Source: a bacterium (GTDB lineage Bacteria > Krumholzibacteriota > Krumholzibacteriia > LZORAL124-64-63). Taken from it: a stretch of DNA of 64,000 bases. The position numbers and the translations under genes are program-made. The notes under the pieces were generated by a model. That model ran no database searches and had not been told where the DNA came from. It saw nothing but the letters and a program-made list of their open reading frames with translations. Shown piece by piece: positions 1 to 9,475 of this stretch (its first letter is position 1; each line of letters starts with the position of its first letter). Where the stretch lies: assembly GCA_016703265.1 (NCBI GenBank), contig JADJCK010000015.1, positions 8,586 to 72,585 of the forward strand, read 5' to 3'.

Positions 1-1
1 A

Positions 2-766
2 TTGATGGAGAATCCCGTCAATGGCCAGGAATTGGGATTTGTGATGCCAGTCCCGCGTGACGACGAGGCGGAGGACTGGTTCGTGCTCTTTGATTACAAT
101 CCCATTGGGTATGTGCGCGACGACGATAAGAACAAGCTCGATGCTGATGCACTCCTGAAGAGCATCAGCGAGGGTACGGAGCAGGCCAACGAGATCCGAC
201 GCAAGAATGGCTGGGCGGAGATCCACGTTGAAGGATGGCGGGTTCCGCCGTACTACGACGAGAAAACGCACAATCTGAAGTGGGCGATAATCGGCGCTTC
301 GGACGCAGGCAAGACCGTGAACTTCTCGGTCCGGCTCCTGGGGCGTGGCGGCGCCATGAGCGCCGACCTGGTGATCGATCCAGAGGACTTGAACCGGGTA
401 CTGCCGGAGTTCGAGCAACTCATCGAGCAGTTCAGCTTCACATCCGAGCACCGGTACGCGGCGTTTCGTGAAGGCGACAAGGTCGCCAAGTACGGCCTTA
501 CCGCCCTCGTGGCCGGAGGCGCCGGCGCCGTGGCCATGAAGACAGGCCTACTGGCCAAGTTCTGGAAGCTCATCGTCATTGGCTTCCTGGCACTCATGGG
601 CTCACTCAAGCGCGTTTTCGGGAAGTTGTTCTCGCGGCGCGGCGGGGGCCAATCGCGCACGCTCTTTGTAGACAGCGCCCCGGGCAATACGAGCCTGATC
701 GACGCTGGTCACAACAATGACGGAAATGACGAGCCGAGAAATGACAATACGGGTCCCCCTGCATGA
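2..766 (+). CDS. DUF2167-family membrane-anchored protein (N-terminus may be cut by window edge)
   Basis: ORF open from window start; recalled DUF2167-like motifs (GYVRDDD, LDADALLKSI, EGTEQANE, GW..PPYYDEKTHNLKWA, RLLGRGG) and a C-terminal TM helix LIVIGFLALMG. Confidence 0.6.
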   Translation: MMENPVNGQELGFVMPVPRDDEAEDWFVLFDYNPIGYVRDDDKNKLDADALLKSISEGTEQANEIRRKNGWAEIHVEGWRVPPYYDEKTHNLKWAIIGASDAGKTVNFSVRLLGRGGAMSADLVIDPEDLNRVLPEFEQLIEQFSFTSEHRYAAFREGDKVAKYGLTALVAGGAGAVAMKTGLLAKFWKLIVIGFLALMGSLKRVFGKLFSRRGGGQSRTLFVDSAPGNTSLIDAGHNNDGNDEPRNDNTGPPA

Positions 767-1326
767 GCCCCTATTCTGTGATCACGGCCGTCTGCCTCGT
801 CGGCATTGTTGCAGAAGCCCTGAGGATCAGCCGGCCAGGCCAGCTGATGCTGGCAGCGGGGCCCGACGGCCGCTACCACGTGGGCGCTGCGCCGGTGCTG
901 CTCCGCGGACGCGCGTTCGCTGTACACATAGTCCCGCTGCTTCCGACCGGTCCGACTTTCCGATTCGGGCGCGAGGGAAGTGGGTCTACGACCTTGCCCA
1001 TCAGCCGTGCGGCAATCGATGACGGGCGTGATCGCCTCGATACCACGCGCCGGATTTGCGGTCGCGTCTTGCCGATCTGTTGGGCAATGCTGGTATACTT
1101 GGTTGTCCTTGTACCAGCAACGCTCCTGCTGGGTCTCGTGGCACACGGTTGGATCGTCCTCGCTTGCGGCCTGCTGCTGATCCAGGGGCGTTGCTTTCGA
1201 TCTTCTGGTTCTCGTACCGCACACCGCATCCAGGAGAGACATGGCAGTGCGTTCACCATTTGGTGGCAATGCTTCTGTTTCCACCCGCAGGTGTATTTGC
1301 ATGCGATCGACTGGTGTCAGAGCTGA
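763..1326 (+). CDS. hypothetical membrane protein
   Basis: ATGA start/stop overlap with upstream gene; hydrophobic stretch ICWAMLVYLVVLVPATLLLGLVAHGWIVLACGLLL; no family recognised. Confidence 0.3.
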   Translation: MSPYSVITAVCLVGIVAEALRISRPGQLMLAAGPDGRYHVGAAPVLLRGRAFAVHIVPLLPTGPTFRFGREGSGSTTLPISRAAIDDGRDRLDTTRRICGRVLPICWAMLVYLVVLVPATLLLGLVAHGWIVLACGLLLIQGRCFRSSGSRTAHRIQERHGSAFTIWWQCFCFHPQVYLHAIDWCQS

Positions 1327-1652
1327 CTGATGACATCCATCCGCTGACGGCCTCACTGGCCCTGTTGCCTGCGGGGAAGGCACGTGCTCTCGTTGCGGAA
1401 CAGGTGCGTCAGTGGAAGTACCCCGTTGTGGGCGATATTGCGCGCCCCGATTCTGGGACAATCGAGGCGCTAGTCGAGACCGTGACCTCGTTCAGTCCAG
1501 ATTTTGATAATCTTCTAGGGCCGCCCGAACCAGATGGTGACTCCAGTGTCGCGTATTGCCCGCGATGTCTGGCGCAATTCACTGGTGTCGACGGCGCCTG
1601 TCTCGATTGCACAGGGATCGACACGATTCGGTTCCAACGAGACGGTCAATAG
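1269..1652 (+). CDS. hypothetical protein with C-terminal zinc-ribbon-like CxxC..CxxC
   Basis: In-frame ATG at 1269 inside ORF 1056..1652; protein-like composition; CPRCLAQFTGVDGACLDCTG near C-terminus. Confidence 0.3.
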   Translation: MLLFPPAGVFACDRLVSELTDDIHPLTASLALLPAGKARALVAEQVRQWKYPVVGDIARPDSGTIEALVETVTSFSPDFDNLLGPPEPDGDSSVAYCPRCLAQFTGVDGACLDCTGIDTIRFQRDGQ

Positions 1653-2002
1653 AAGCAAGGCGTGGTTGTGGCGGACGGCGCCAACCGAGTTGTGGCGATG
1701 GGCTCCGGTGGATTGGCGCGGTGCGCCCAGTTGTTCAACGTGCGCAGTTGCCCCTATTCCGATCGTCAGTTTTGTTGCTGGGTGCCGGAGGTCGGCAGGC
1801 CTGTCCGGCCATTCGGAGCCTTGCTCTCGAGAGGACAATTTGGGCTGCTCCCTGACTCGTGCTTGAGGTACAATATTGCCACATGAGGTGTCTGTTGAGC
1901 CGCGGGGCCCCGCCGCTCCTTTCATGGCAACCGCCATGGAATCAAGCGTCGTCGGAGTTAATGGGATATCCCGCCAGATGCACGTACCCTTCGGAGCACA
2001 TC

Positions 2003-3107
2003 ATGCACAATCTAGCCAGCATGCTCGGATACTTGCTTGTGGCCGCTCTTTCCTGCATGAATGCGCTGGCAGACACGGGACAAGAATTGGCTAGGCAGAC
2101 GCTTCCACACGTTATCACGATTCGCATGTTTAATGCGCAGGCTCAGGAGACCGGTTTGGGAAGCGGCTTCTGGCTCGGTGGCGGAGAGGTGGTGACGAAC
2201 GCACACGTTGTGGCCGGCGGCGCTTGGGCCGAGATCCATTCACTAGAAGGTCAGTTGATCGGTACCGCACCATATGCGATTCTACTCGACTCCCCGAACG
2301 ATCTGGTAGTCCTGGCAGTACCAAACGGGCGGATGGGGGGTCTGGGGCTGGCCGATGGCGATCCTAGCGTTGGGACCGCCGTTTGGGCGTTCGGAGCCCC
2401 GCTAGGCTTGGATGGCACAGTATCGTCCGGAATCATTTCGGCAACACGGGATATCGACGGACGACGCTTATTGCAAATGACGGTTCCCATTTCGAGCGGA
2501 TCGTCTGGAGGCCCTGTGGTCGACGCCGTCGGAAACGTAGTCGGCGTCGCGGGTTGGCATGATGCGCGAAGGTCAGAATCTCAATTTTGCGATTCCCGTT
2601 AGTTCGCTTGCGTCGCTGCTGCGACAAGCCCGGGGCCGGTACCCGTTTCCGGCGCCCGAGTCGGTGGGAGTGGCTCCGGGGTCGACCGCGGAGATCAGGA
2701 CTGACGACGACGAAGCTCGGTTCGCCGCCTTCCTGGCCGGGATGGCATCAGCGGATTTCCTTGAAGACGGTAACACCTTTCGCGGTCGCTTGGACGAATC
2801 GGATGTTGATCTTGATGGGCCCACTGATTTCTACAGATTCACCGGCTATAGCGGTCAGCGTCTGATCGTCACTGTGTCTTCCCGCACATTTGATCCGGTG
2901 GTCGAGGTCTTGGCCACTCATCAATGGCCTTCCGAAGGAGGGGACTCGTGGGAGGCAATGGATGATGACGGTGGCGGAGGTACCACTGCTCGAATCTCAG
3001 CCGTCCTGCCATCGACCGGCGAATACCATATTGCAGTGCGATCAATTCAGGCGGGAGGGGCGACTATGAGATTTCGATGGGCGAGAATCGCACGGCCGCA
3101 TTGGTGA
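2003..3107 (+). pseudogene. trypsin-like (S1C/HtrA-type) serine protease with PPC (pre-peptidase C-terminal) domain; frame broken near 2557
   Basis: Signal peptide MHNLASMLGYLLVAALSCMNALA; TNAHVV (His), NDLVVL (Asp), SSGSSGGPVVD (Ser). The expected continuation GQNLNFAIPV is in the next frame (ORF 2559..3107), which also carries a PPC-like FYRFTGYSGQRLIVTV..GEYHIAV. Confidence 0.55.
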
Positions 3108-3400
3108 GCGGTGATCGTTGGATTCGAGTTGGCGGGGACGATGCCAAGGACGTCTGGTGGGACAGCCGAACGCTGACGCGCTCCGGACATGAAGCTACAA
3201 TGTGGGTACGAACCGTCTATAAGCAGGCTCAATCTACCGCCGAAGGTTTGCAATACGATGTTCACAATGGGCAGTGGACCTTTGATTGCGTGAACCGCCG
3301 GATGATGCTCCTGTCCGAGCAGGTGGCATTGGCAGGCAAGAACGTAGCTGATACGGACTTCGATGCGTGGCGACAGAAGTGGCAAAATGTTGTCCCCTGA
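3077..3400 (+). CDS. surface-adhesin-E-like domain protein (possibly a displaced C-terminal domain of the protease gene)
   Basis: WIRVGGDD..VWWDSRTLTRSG..MWVRTVY...QWTFDCVNRRMML pattern. No signal peptide of its own. Its frame stays open upstream of the ATG (..GRGDYEIS-MGE) into the end of the PPC region. Confidence 0.35.
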   Translation: MGENRTAALVSGDRWIRVGGDDAKDVWWDSRTLTRSGHEATMWVRTVYKQAQSTAEGLQYDVHNGQWTFDCVNRRMMLLSEQVALAGKNVADTDFDAWRQKWQNVVP

Positions 3401-3685
3401 AACTTGTAGAGCCAGCGCTGCTTGAAGAGGCATGCAGGGATCGCTAGCTGCTGGTGCCGAGCACACTCCTTGGTTGTTGCATAAGGGCTCGGTCCCCAAG
3501 CGCTCCAGAATGTGCTCGGGTTCGTCAGGTACCACAATCGCGTTTACCTAGAACTTCTGATCTGCAGACTTTCTGTATCGCCCAATATAGTGCCGATCCC
3601 CTCCAATTTCACTCAGAGGATTTGGGGCGGGTGGAGTATGCGCCGGATGCGAACTAGATCGGAGTACATCGTGAAGTACTTAGTT

Positions 3686-4377
3686 ATGATCGCACTGTTA
3701 TATCATCGCACCCCTCATCGGTCGCGGCACAGCTCGTGCTTTTCTCGGACGACTTCAATAGCGGCTGCGATTCAGATTGGAATTTTCCGCATGGTGGATG
3801 GGCGTGTGAGGGCGAGGTATTGCGTCAGGCCAACTACTGCGGGCTTGCTGCATGCGACAATCACGCGTGGATAGGTTCTCAGGACTGGGCGGACTGCACG
3901 GTAACACTTGAGTATACCCCCACCGAAGCCAGCAGCAACGGACCTCAGATTTATGTCAAGGCATGCACCGATCCCGCATCGATCGCCGGCATGAACAATG
4001 AGGGCCAGTGGGTTTCGGGGTTACGGTATTGATCTTGGCTGGAATTCAGAACTCAAGATCACTAAGTACAATTCCACGTCAGCGGGGACACTTTGCGATT
4101 GCGTTCGGCGCTTCAGTTTGAATGAACATTGAACCACATATGTGGTCAAGTTTGGGCGCGTAGGCGCTGCACTGTTCGCGCAAAAGTCTATGCGAAGGGC
4201 AACCGTTGAGCCTGATTGGATGCTCACCGCATTCGACGGTGACTATGCCACCGGTATCGCTGGTATCGGCACTTGGAACACGCCAGGGGCTACATTGACA
4301 ACATCGAAATCCAGTTGCTGGCGCGGTGCCCGCTGAATCTACTACGTGGGGGTAACCCCAAGACGCTTTACAGGTAG
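3686..4377 (+). pseudogene. concanavalin-A-like lectin/glucanase (LamG/DUF1080-like) gene remnant spread over at least 3 frames
   Basis: Signal-peptide-like start (MIALL.. at 3686), then LFSDDFNSG..W..GGW in frame of 3736..4032, then FDGDYATGIAGIGTWNTPG (4142..4336), then YIDNIEIQLL ending at TAG 4375-4377; locally lower G+C. Confidence 0.3.
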
Positions 4378-4469
4378 GATCCGCTGATCGCATCTCATCT
4401 TCAGTCAACCCGCTTCTAGGCGTTGGCCCAGGGCCATCTTCTTTGGTTATCCTGGCCTTCGGCAGAATT

Positions 4470-4889
4470 TCATATTCGCAGGAACTGAGCGCGCGAGAGG
4501 TGCGCCAAACAACCCCGTGGCGCGCCGGCGACGATCACGCCTCGCCCTCCCCTTGTTTTCCTGCCACCGCTCCGCCTTTCCCCGCCCCGAAACCGCCTCT
4601 CGCAATCCCCAATCTTACTCTCCGCCGCCGCATACAAACCAACCCCCATCTGATCCGCCAACCTCACCAGGCAGATAAACACATCCGCCATCTCATCCTT
4701 CACCGCCAGCCTCTTGCCCGGCGCCATATCGACGGATTCCTCCTGCGTCAGCCACAGGAAATTCTCCACCAACGCGCCGGCCTCGACACTCAGCGTCATC
4801 GCCGTGTTCTTCGGCGTCCGGAACGGTGCCCAATCCCTGGTCTTGGCGAACGCGCCAATGCGGCGCGAGAGAATCTGGTACTTCGTCAT
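4470..4889 (-). CDS. MazG-like nucleotide pyrophosphohydrolase
   Basis: RDWAPFRTPKNTAMTLSVEAGALVENFLWLTQEES and VKDEMADVFICLVRLADQMGVGL match the all-alpha NTP-PPase (MazG-type) pattern; start taken at MTKYQ. Confidence 0.65.
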   Translation of the reverse strand: MTKYQILSRRIGAFAKTRDWAPFRTPKNTAMTLSVEAGALVENFLWLTQEESVDMAPGKRLAVKDEMADVFICLVRLADQMGVGLYAAAESKIGDCERRFRGGERRSGGRKTRGGRGVIVAGAPRGCLAHLSRAQFLRI

Positions 4890-4988
4890 CGCCGGTTCTC
4901 GCACTTCGGGCCGGGGAGATGTCTGGGCTGTCATCGCAGCTCATCAATATGCCATCCCGCCCATGGTACCGAATTCCGAGGCCCGAGT

Positions 4989-6205
4989 TCAAGCCGCATC
5001 GCTCCGCCGCCGTACGCCGGCCAACGCGGCTCCCAACATCACAATCACGGCCCCAACCAGAAACACCCCCCGCATCCCCCCAACAACCGCCTCCGCCCCC
5101 GCCCCCCCAACATCCCCAGTCCCCGCGCCGATCTCGAACACAACCCCCATCCCCCAACCCCCGCCATCAACCCAAGATTCCGCGCCAAACTCAACATCCC
5201 CGCCACAACCCCGCGCCGCCCCCCATCAACGGCACTCATGATCGCTGTATTATTGGAAGCCTGGAACAACGCATACCCCGCAGTGATGAACCCCACCGCC
5301 CCCACATACCCCGCCACCCCCAACGACACCGGCAACACCGCCAACGCCACGCACCCAACCAGCATCGCCATCAACCCAACCCGCGTCACGCGCGCCGCCC
5401 CGCGACGATCCGTCAACCGTCCCGCCGGCACCCCCATCAGCGCCGCCACCAGCGGCCCCACCGACATCACGAAGCCGACCTGCGCCGTACCCAGCCCCAG
5501 CCCGCGCGCCAGGTGGAACGGTCCCACCACGAGCGTCGCCATGATCACCATCGCCACCAGCAGGGTCATCGTCAGCCCGGCGGCCAGTCCCGGCTCGCGC
5601 AGCAGTCGCCGCATCTCGATGAAGTCGCCACCCACGCCCAACGCGCCGCCCCGCACACGCGCCGCCCGCGGCCCATCCGCCGGCAGCCACCGCATCGCCA
5701 TCACCAGCGCCACCACACCCAGCGGCACGCTCACCAGGAAGATCGCGCGCCACCCCACCGTCGCTGCCAGCATGCCGCCCAGCGAAGGGCCCAGCGCGGT
5801 GCCGGTCGCCGACATCGTGCCCAGCAGTCCGATCGCCGTGCCGGCGCGCGCGCGGGGCGCCACCTCGCCGGCCAGGGCCATCGTCATCGCCAGCATCACG
5901 GCGGCGCCCAGTCCCTGCGCCGCGCGCGCGGCAATCAGCGCTTCAATGTTCGGCGCCGCCCCGCACGCCACCGACGCCGCCGTGAACAGCGCCATGCCCC
6001 CCAGCAGCAGCCGCCGCCTGCCGATGCGATCGCCCAGCCGGCCGGCGCCCACAATCGTCGTCGTCACCGCGGCCAGGTACGCCAGCACCACCCACTGCAC
6101 GGTCTTGAAGCTGGCGCCGAACGCCTCGGCCAGCGTCGGCAGGCTCGAGTTGGCGATGCTCGTGTCCAGCGACGGCAGCAGCATCGCCAGGCAGAGGGCG
6201 GCCAT
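4989..6205 (-). CDS. MFS transporter (drug:H+ antiporter-like); C-terminal TM helix is in a different frame (break in a G-run near 5125)
   Basis: LPSLDTSIANSSLPTL, GRLGDRIGRRR, multiple TM segments in ORF 5045..6205. The last 53 aa (MGVVFEIGAG..GMRGVFLVGAVIVMLGAALAGVRRR, stop at 4989-4991) read in the adjacent frame. Divergent from a LysR gene. Confidence 0.65.
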
Positions 6206-6374
6206 CGCCGGTTTGTTGGTGGTGATCTGGGGCTGGGCGGTCTTGGGCCGTGCGGCCCTGGGCGGGTGATCGTCATCGTCTGGTCCATGAGCGCCTCCGG
6301 TTCCGACGACGCCCGGGGTGGGGCCGTCGGGAACAGGCTAGCCTTGCCGGTGGTGTGGCGGTAGACGCACGGGT

Positions 6375-6391
6375 TGCACTATATGCGTGCA
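6375..6391. promoter_or_regulatory. candidate LysR-type operator dyad TGCAC-N7-GTGCA in the MFS/LysR divergent region
   Basis: Perfect 5-bp inverted repeat around an AT-rich centre (TGCACTATATGCGTGCA), about 30-40 nt upstream of the LysR start. Confidence 0.25.
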
Positions 6392-6416
6392 TTTGACGCC
6401 ATGTCTGGTTGCGCGT

Positions 6417-7340
6417 ATGCTGCCCCGCATGAACCGCCCCGACCTGAACCTCCTGTTCACCCTCGACGCCCTGCTCTCCGAAGGCAGCGTGGCCCGCGCC
6501 GCCGTGCGCCTGGGCCTCAGCCCGTCTGCCATGAGCCGATCCCTGGCCCGCCTGCGCACCGAAACCGGCGACCCGCTCCTGGTCCGCGCCGGCCGCGGCC
6601 TGGTACCCACGCCGCGCGCGCTGCAGCTGCGTTCAGAGATCGGCCCCCTCGTCGACGCCGCCGAAGCGGCGCTGCGCCCGGTCGCCCTGCTCGATGTCTC
6701 GCAGCTCGACCGCACCTTCACCCTGCGCGCCAGCGAAGGCTTCGTGGAGAACTTCGGCGCGGCTTTATTGACGCGCGTGGCCGCCGAGGCCCCGCACGTG
6801 CGGCTGCGCTTCGTGGCGCGCCCGCGCTCGGGCCCAGGCTCGGGCGACGTGGCCCTGCGCGATGCGGGCGTCGACCTCGACATCGGCGTCGTCGGCCCCG
6901 CCACCGGCCCGGAGGTGCGCACGCAGGCGTTGTTCCGCGATCGGTTTGTGGGGGTGGTGGGGACGGGGCATCCGTTGTCTGGCCGCGGTCGCGTGACGCT
7001 GGCGCGCTACGCGGCGGCGCGGCATGTGTCGGTGGCGCGGCGGGCATCGGCGGGCTTTGGGCCGGTGGATGAGGCGCTGGTTGCCGCTGGTGTCGAGCGC
7101 GACATCACCGTTGTGGTTGGCGGGTTCGGCGCGGCCTTGGCGCTGGCGCGCGGGGCCGAGCTGGTGGCGACGGTGCCGGAGCGGCACACCGGATGCCTGC
7201 GCGAGGGGCTTGTGACGTTCGCGCTGCCGTTTGCGGTGGAAGAGGTGACGGTGGCGATGATGTGGCATCCCCGGTTGGAGGCGGATGGGGGGCAGGGGTG
7301 GTTGCGGGGGTGTGTCAGGGAGGTTTGTGGGGGGGGGTAG
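6417..7340 (+). CDS. LysR family transcriptional regulator
   Basis: N-terminal wHTH LNLLFTLDALLSEGSVARAAVRLGLSPSAMSRSLARLR; ~300 aa; divergent to the transporter. Start at 6417 or 6429. Confidence 0.8.
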   Translation: MLPRMNRPDLNLLFTLDALLSEGSVARAAVRLGLSPSAMSRSLARLRTETGDPLLVRAGRGLVPTPRALQLRSEIGPLVDAAEAALRPVALLDVSQLDRTFTLRASEGFVENFGAALLTRVAAEAPHVRLRFVARPRSGPGSGDVALRDAGVDLDIGVVGPATGPEVRTQALFRDRFVGVVGTGHPLSGRGRVTLARYAAARHVSVARRASAGFGPVDEALVAAGVERDITVVVGGFGAALALARGAELVATVPERHTGCLREGLVTFALPFAVEEVTVAMMWHPRLEADGGQGWLRGCVREVCGGG

Positions 7341-7381
7341 GGTTCGGGGCCCCATCGAAAAATAAGGCCCGCAGACATGGC

Positions 7382-7434
7382 ACTTGCGCCGGCGCAACTG
7401 CTCGCGTGGTTGTGATTGTTGCGCCGGCGCAAGT
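7382..7434. repeat. double-palindrome repeat, copy A (REP/BIME-like)
   Basis: ACTTGCGCCGGCGCAACT - 18-nt spacer ending GTGATT - GTTGCGCCGGCGCAAGT; 14-bp perfect palindrome cores at 7384-7397 and 7419-7432. Confidence 0.9.
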
Positions 7435-7506
7435 TTCAGGGGGTCGAGACACGGGCCGCTCCAGCACCCGCTTCATGCCGCGTTCCCGCGACCTGAAGCA
7501 AGCCGC

Positions 7507-7977
7507 CTAGGTCCCGGCCTGGCGCGCCTCAGGCACGGCCAACGTCGCCAGATCGAACACGTTCGCGAAATTGACAATGGGCGGCACGAACGCGGGAAGC
7601 TGGGCTCTCAGCAGCGAAGACACGAGCGCTTCGCGAATGAACGGATACATCAGGCTGGGGGCCACACGACCGCCGACCTGCTTCAGTGCACTCGCCAGGG
7701 CGTCTGGGTCCACGGGCGGGTTGTCGATCTCGATGACGGATCGATAGGCCACCGCAAGCGTTACCCCCGGTAGATTCGTGATCTGCACCGACAGCTCTAC
7801 GCCTAGGACATTCGTGGCGAGGCGATTCAACCCGAGATTGAGCTTGAACTCGACCTGATGGTCGGACGCAAACTCCCGCACCGCGTCCTCTTTGCGAACT
7901 TCGAGCATGGTGAGTTCCGGGCCGGCCACGAGACGGATGCCCGGTTCGCTCCTGCTCTCTGTGGCTTCAGCTGACAT
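7507..7977 (-). CDS. SecB-like chaperone (third gene of a toxin-antitoxin-chaperone module)
   Basis: About 155 aa; SecB-like pattern (LEVRKED..EF., VEFKLNLG.., LMYPFIREALVSSLLRAQLP..PPIVNF); overlaps the hicB stop by 11 nt. Confidence 0.65.
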   Translation of the reverse strand: MSAEATESRSEPGIRLVAGPELTMLEVRKEDAVREFASDHQVEFKLNLGLNRLATNVLGVELSVQITNLPGVTLAVAYRSVIEIDNPPVDPDALASALKQVGGRVAPSLMYPFIREALVSSLLRAQLPAFVPPIVNFANVFDLATLAVPEARQAGT

Positions 7978-8530
7978 TCAGGTTCTCCTCGCATGCGAAC
8001 GAAAGCACGTTGTTTGGATGTTGTGACATGTACTCGGTGGTCTGGACTGTCAGTGACGGTCCTGAATCGTCTGATCTCCGGGAAAACGCACTCAGCGGAA
8101 TCAGGGACTGCGATGACGTGAGCGGCAGGCCGCCACTGCGCCCAAACGAGGCCTCAAAGCTGTAGCGTGGTAGTGGCCGGCGCTCGCGCGGTGCCGGTGA
8201 TGCATTGCGGGCGACCGATTCCTCGAGTTGCAGGACCATCCACCTGTTGACGCTCGTCCCCAATTCTGCGGCGCAGATGGTGACGGATCGATGGAGCTCC
8301 GGAGACATTCGCAACAGCAGTTTCCCGGAGAAGGGCCGCTCGGGTTCCTCCTGGCGCGTTGCGCAGAACTCGAGGTAGTCCTCGACCGAATCGATGAACG
8401 CCTGCTGGATCTCATCCACGGACCTGCCTTGAAACGTGATCACGTCCCGCGTGTTGACCACACGTCCGTGGAGCAGGTTCGCGTCCGCGTCGAACTCGAC
8501 GGTCGCCATGTAACCCTTGTACTCCATCAT
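7967..8530 (-). CDS. hicB: HicB-family antitoxin with long C-terminal extension (candidate chaperone-addiction region)
   Basis: MMEYKGYMATVEFDADANLLHGRVVNTRDVITFQGRSVDEIQQAFIDSVEDYLEFC plus RHH-like LLLRMSPELHRSVTICAAELGTSVNRWMV, then a ~60-aa low-complexity tail; 4-nt overlap with hicA. Confidence 0.75.
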   Translation of the reverse strand: MMEYKGYMATVEFDADANLLHGRVVNTRDVITFQGRSVDEIQQAFIDSVEDYLEFCATRQEEPERPFSGKLLLRMSPELHRSVTICAAELGTSVNRWMVLQLEESVARNASPAPRERRPLPRYSFEASFGRSGGLPLTSSQSLIPLSAFSRRSDDSGPSLTVQTTEYMSQHPNNVLSFACEENLNVS

Positions 8531-8781
8531 GGCGCTACTCCCGCCTGGATGAGGAACTCCCTGACCGACTTCACGGCGCCCCTGTCGGTTTCCCTCTTTG
8601 GGTGGGGCCGGTGGAAGATGGCCTTGCGACCGTTCAGCGCCACCCTGACGCGCGACCCTCGGCCCTCCGTGATCTCGGCGCCAAGTCCATTCAGCAGCGA
8701 GACGATGTCGTCCCACACAATGTCCGCTCTCGTGGGCGATTCGAAGATGGCCGCCAAGGTCCCGCGCTGGTGACTGTTCAT
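8527..8781 (-). CDS. hicA: HicA-family toxin
   Basis: 84 aa; TLAAIFESPTRADIVWDDIVSLLNGLGAEITEGRGSRVRVALNGRKAIFHRPHP matches the HicA mRNA-interferase pattern. Confidence 0.75.
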   Translation of the reverse strand: MNSHQRGTLAAIFESPTRADIVWDDIVSLLNGLGAEITEGRGSRVRVALNGRKAIFHRPHPKRETDRGAVKSVREFLIQAGVAP

Positions 8782-8980
8782 AAGCCGCCCTGGATAGATC
8801 GACCGCGGGTCGCTTCGCCTTGATTGAATGATACTACAAAATGATACTGCACGCCAATCGATATTCGTCGCGAGCGTTACTGTTTGTGAAATAGACGGTT
8901 AGTCGCCATTGCCCATCCCCCCTTCGGGCACACCTGGCCAACCAGAGAAGCTGTTTCGTTTATTTCATATATTGCGAATA

Positions 8981-9475
8981 ATGCGAATCTCCTTTACCAT
9001 CCCGAAATACCCAAGGAGCCCCGCCTTGCCCTCCCCGCAACCCGATCCCATCCAGCCCACCGAAGCGGAGATCCGCCTCGCCGCCGACGCGGTTCGTGAG
9101 CTGGCACGCTTTCTGGAAGCTGACCTTCCCATCCAGGTGCCTGGCCTCGACCGCCCCGTGGTGCTTCCCACCGCGGCCGTGCGCCTGCTGGTCGAGCTGC
9201 TCGCCACCATGGCGGAAGGACATGCCGTGACCCTGATCCCCGTCCACGCCGAACTCACCACCCAGCAGGCCGCCGACCTTCTCGGCGTTTCCCGCCCGTT
9301 CCTGGTCAAGGAACTGGAGTCGGGCCGCCTGGCCCACCGCAAGGTCGGCACGCATCGCCGCGTTCTGTTCCGCGACCTCATGGCCTACAAGCGTGCGCAC
9401 GAGGCCACGCGCGTGGAGGCGTTGGGGGAGCTGGCGGGACAGGCGCAGGATCTGGATCTGGGATACGGGGAGTGA
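8981..9475 (+). CDS. excisionase/MerR-type HTH antitoxin (partner of PIN toxins)
   Basis: TTQQAADLLGVSRPFLVKELESGRLAHRKVGTHRRVLFRDLMAYKR; start uncertain (TTG 8909 or ATG 8981). Confidence 0.6.
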   Translation: MRISFTIPKYPRSPALPSPQPDPIQPTEAEIRLAADAVRELARFLEADLPIQVPGLDRPVVLPTAAVRLLVELLATMAEGHAVTLIPVHAELTTQQAADLLGVSRPFLVKELESGRLAHRKVGTHRRVLFRDLMAYKRAHEATRVEALGELAGQAQDLDLGYGE

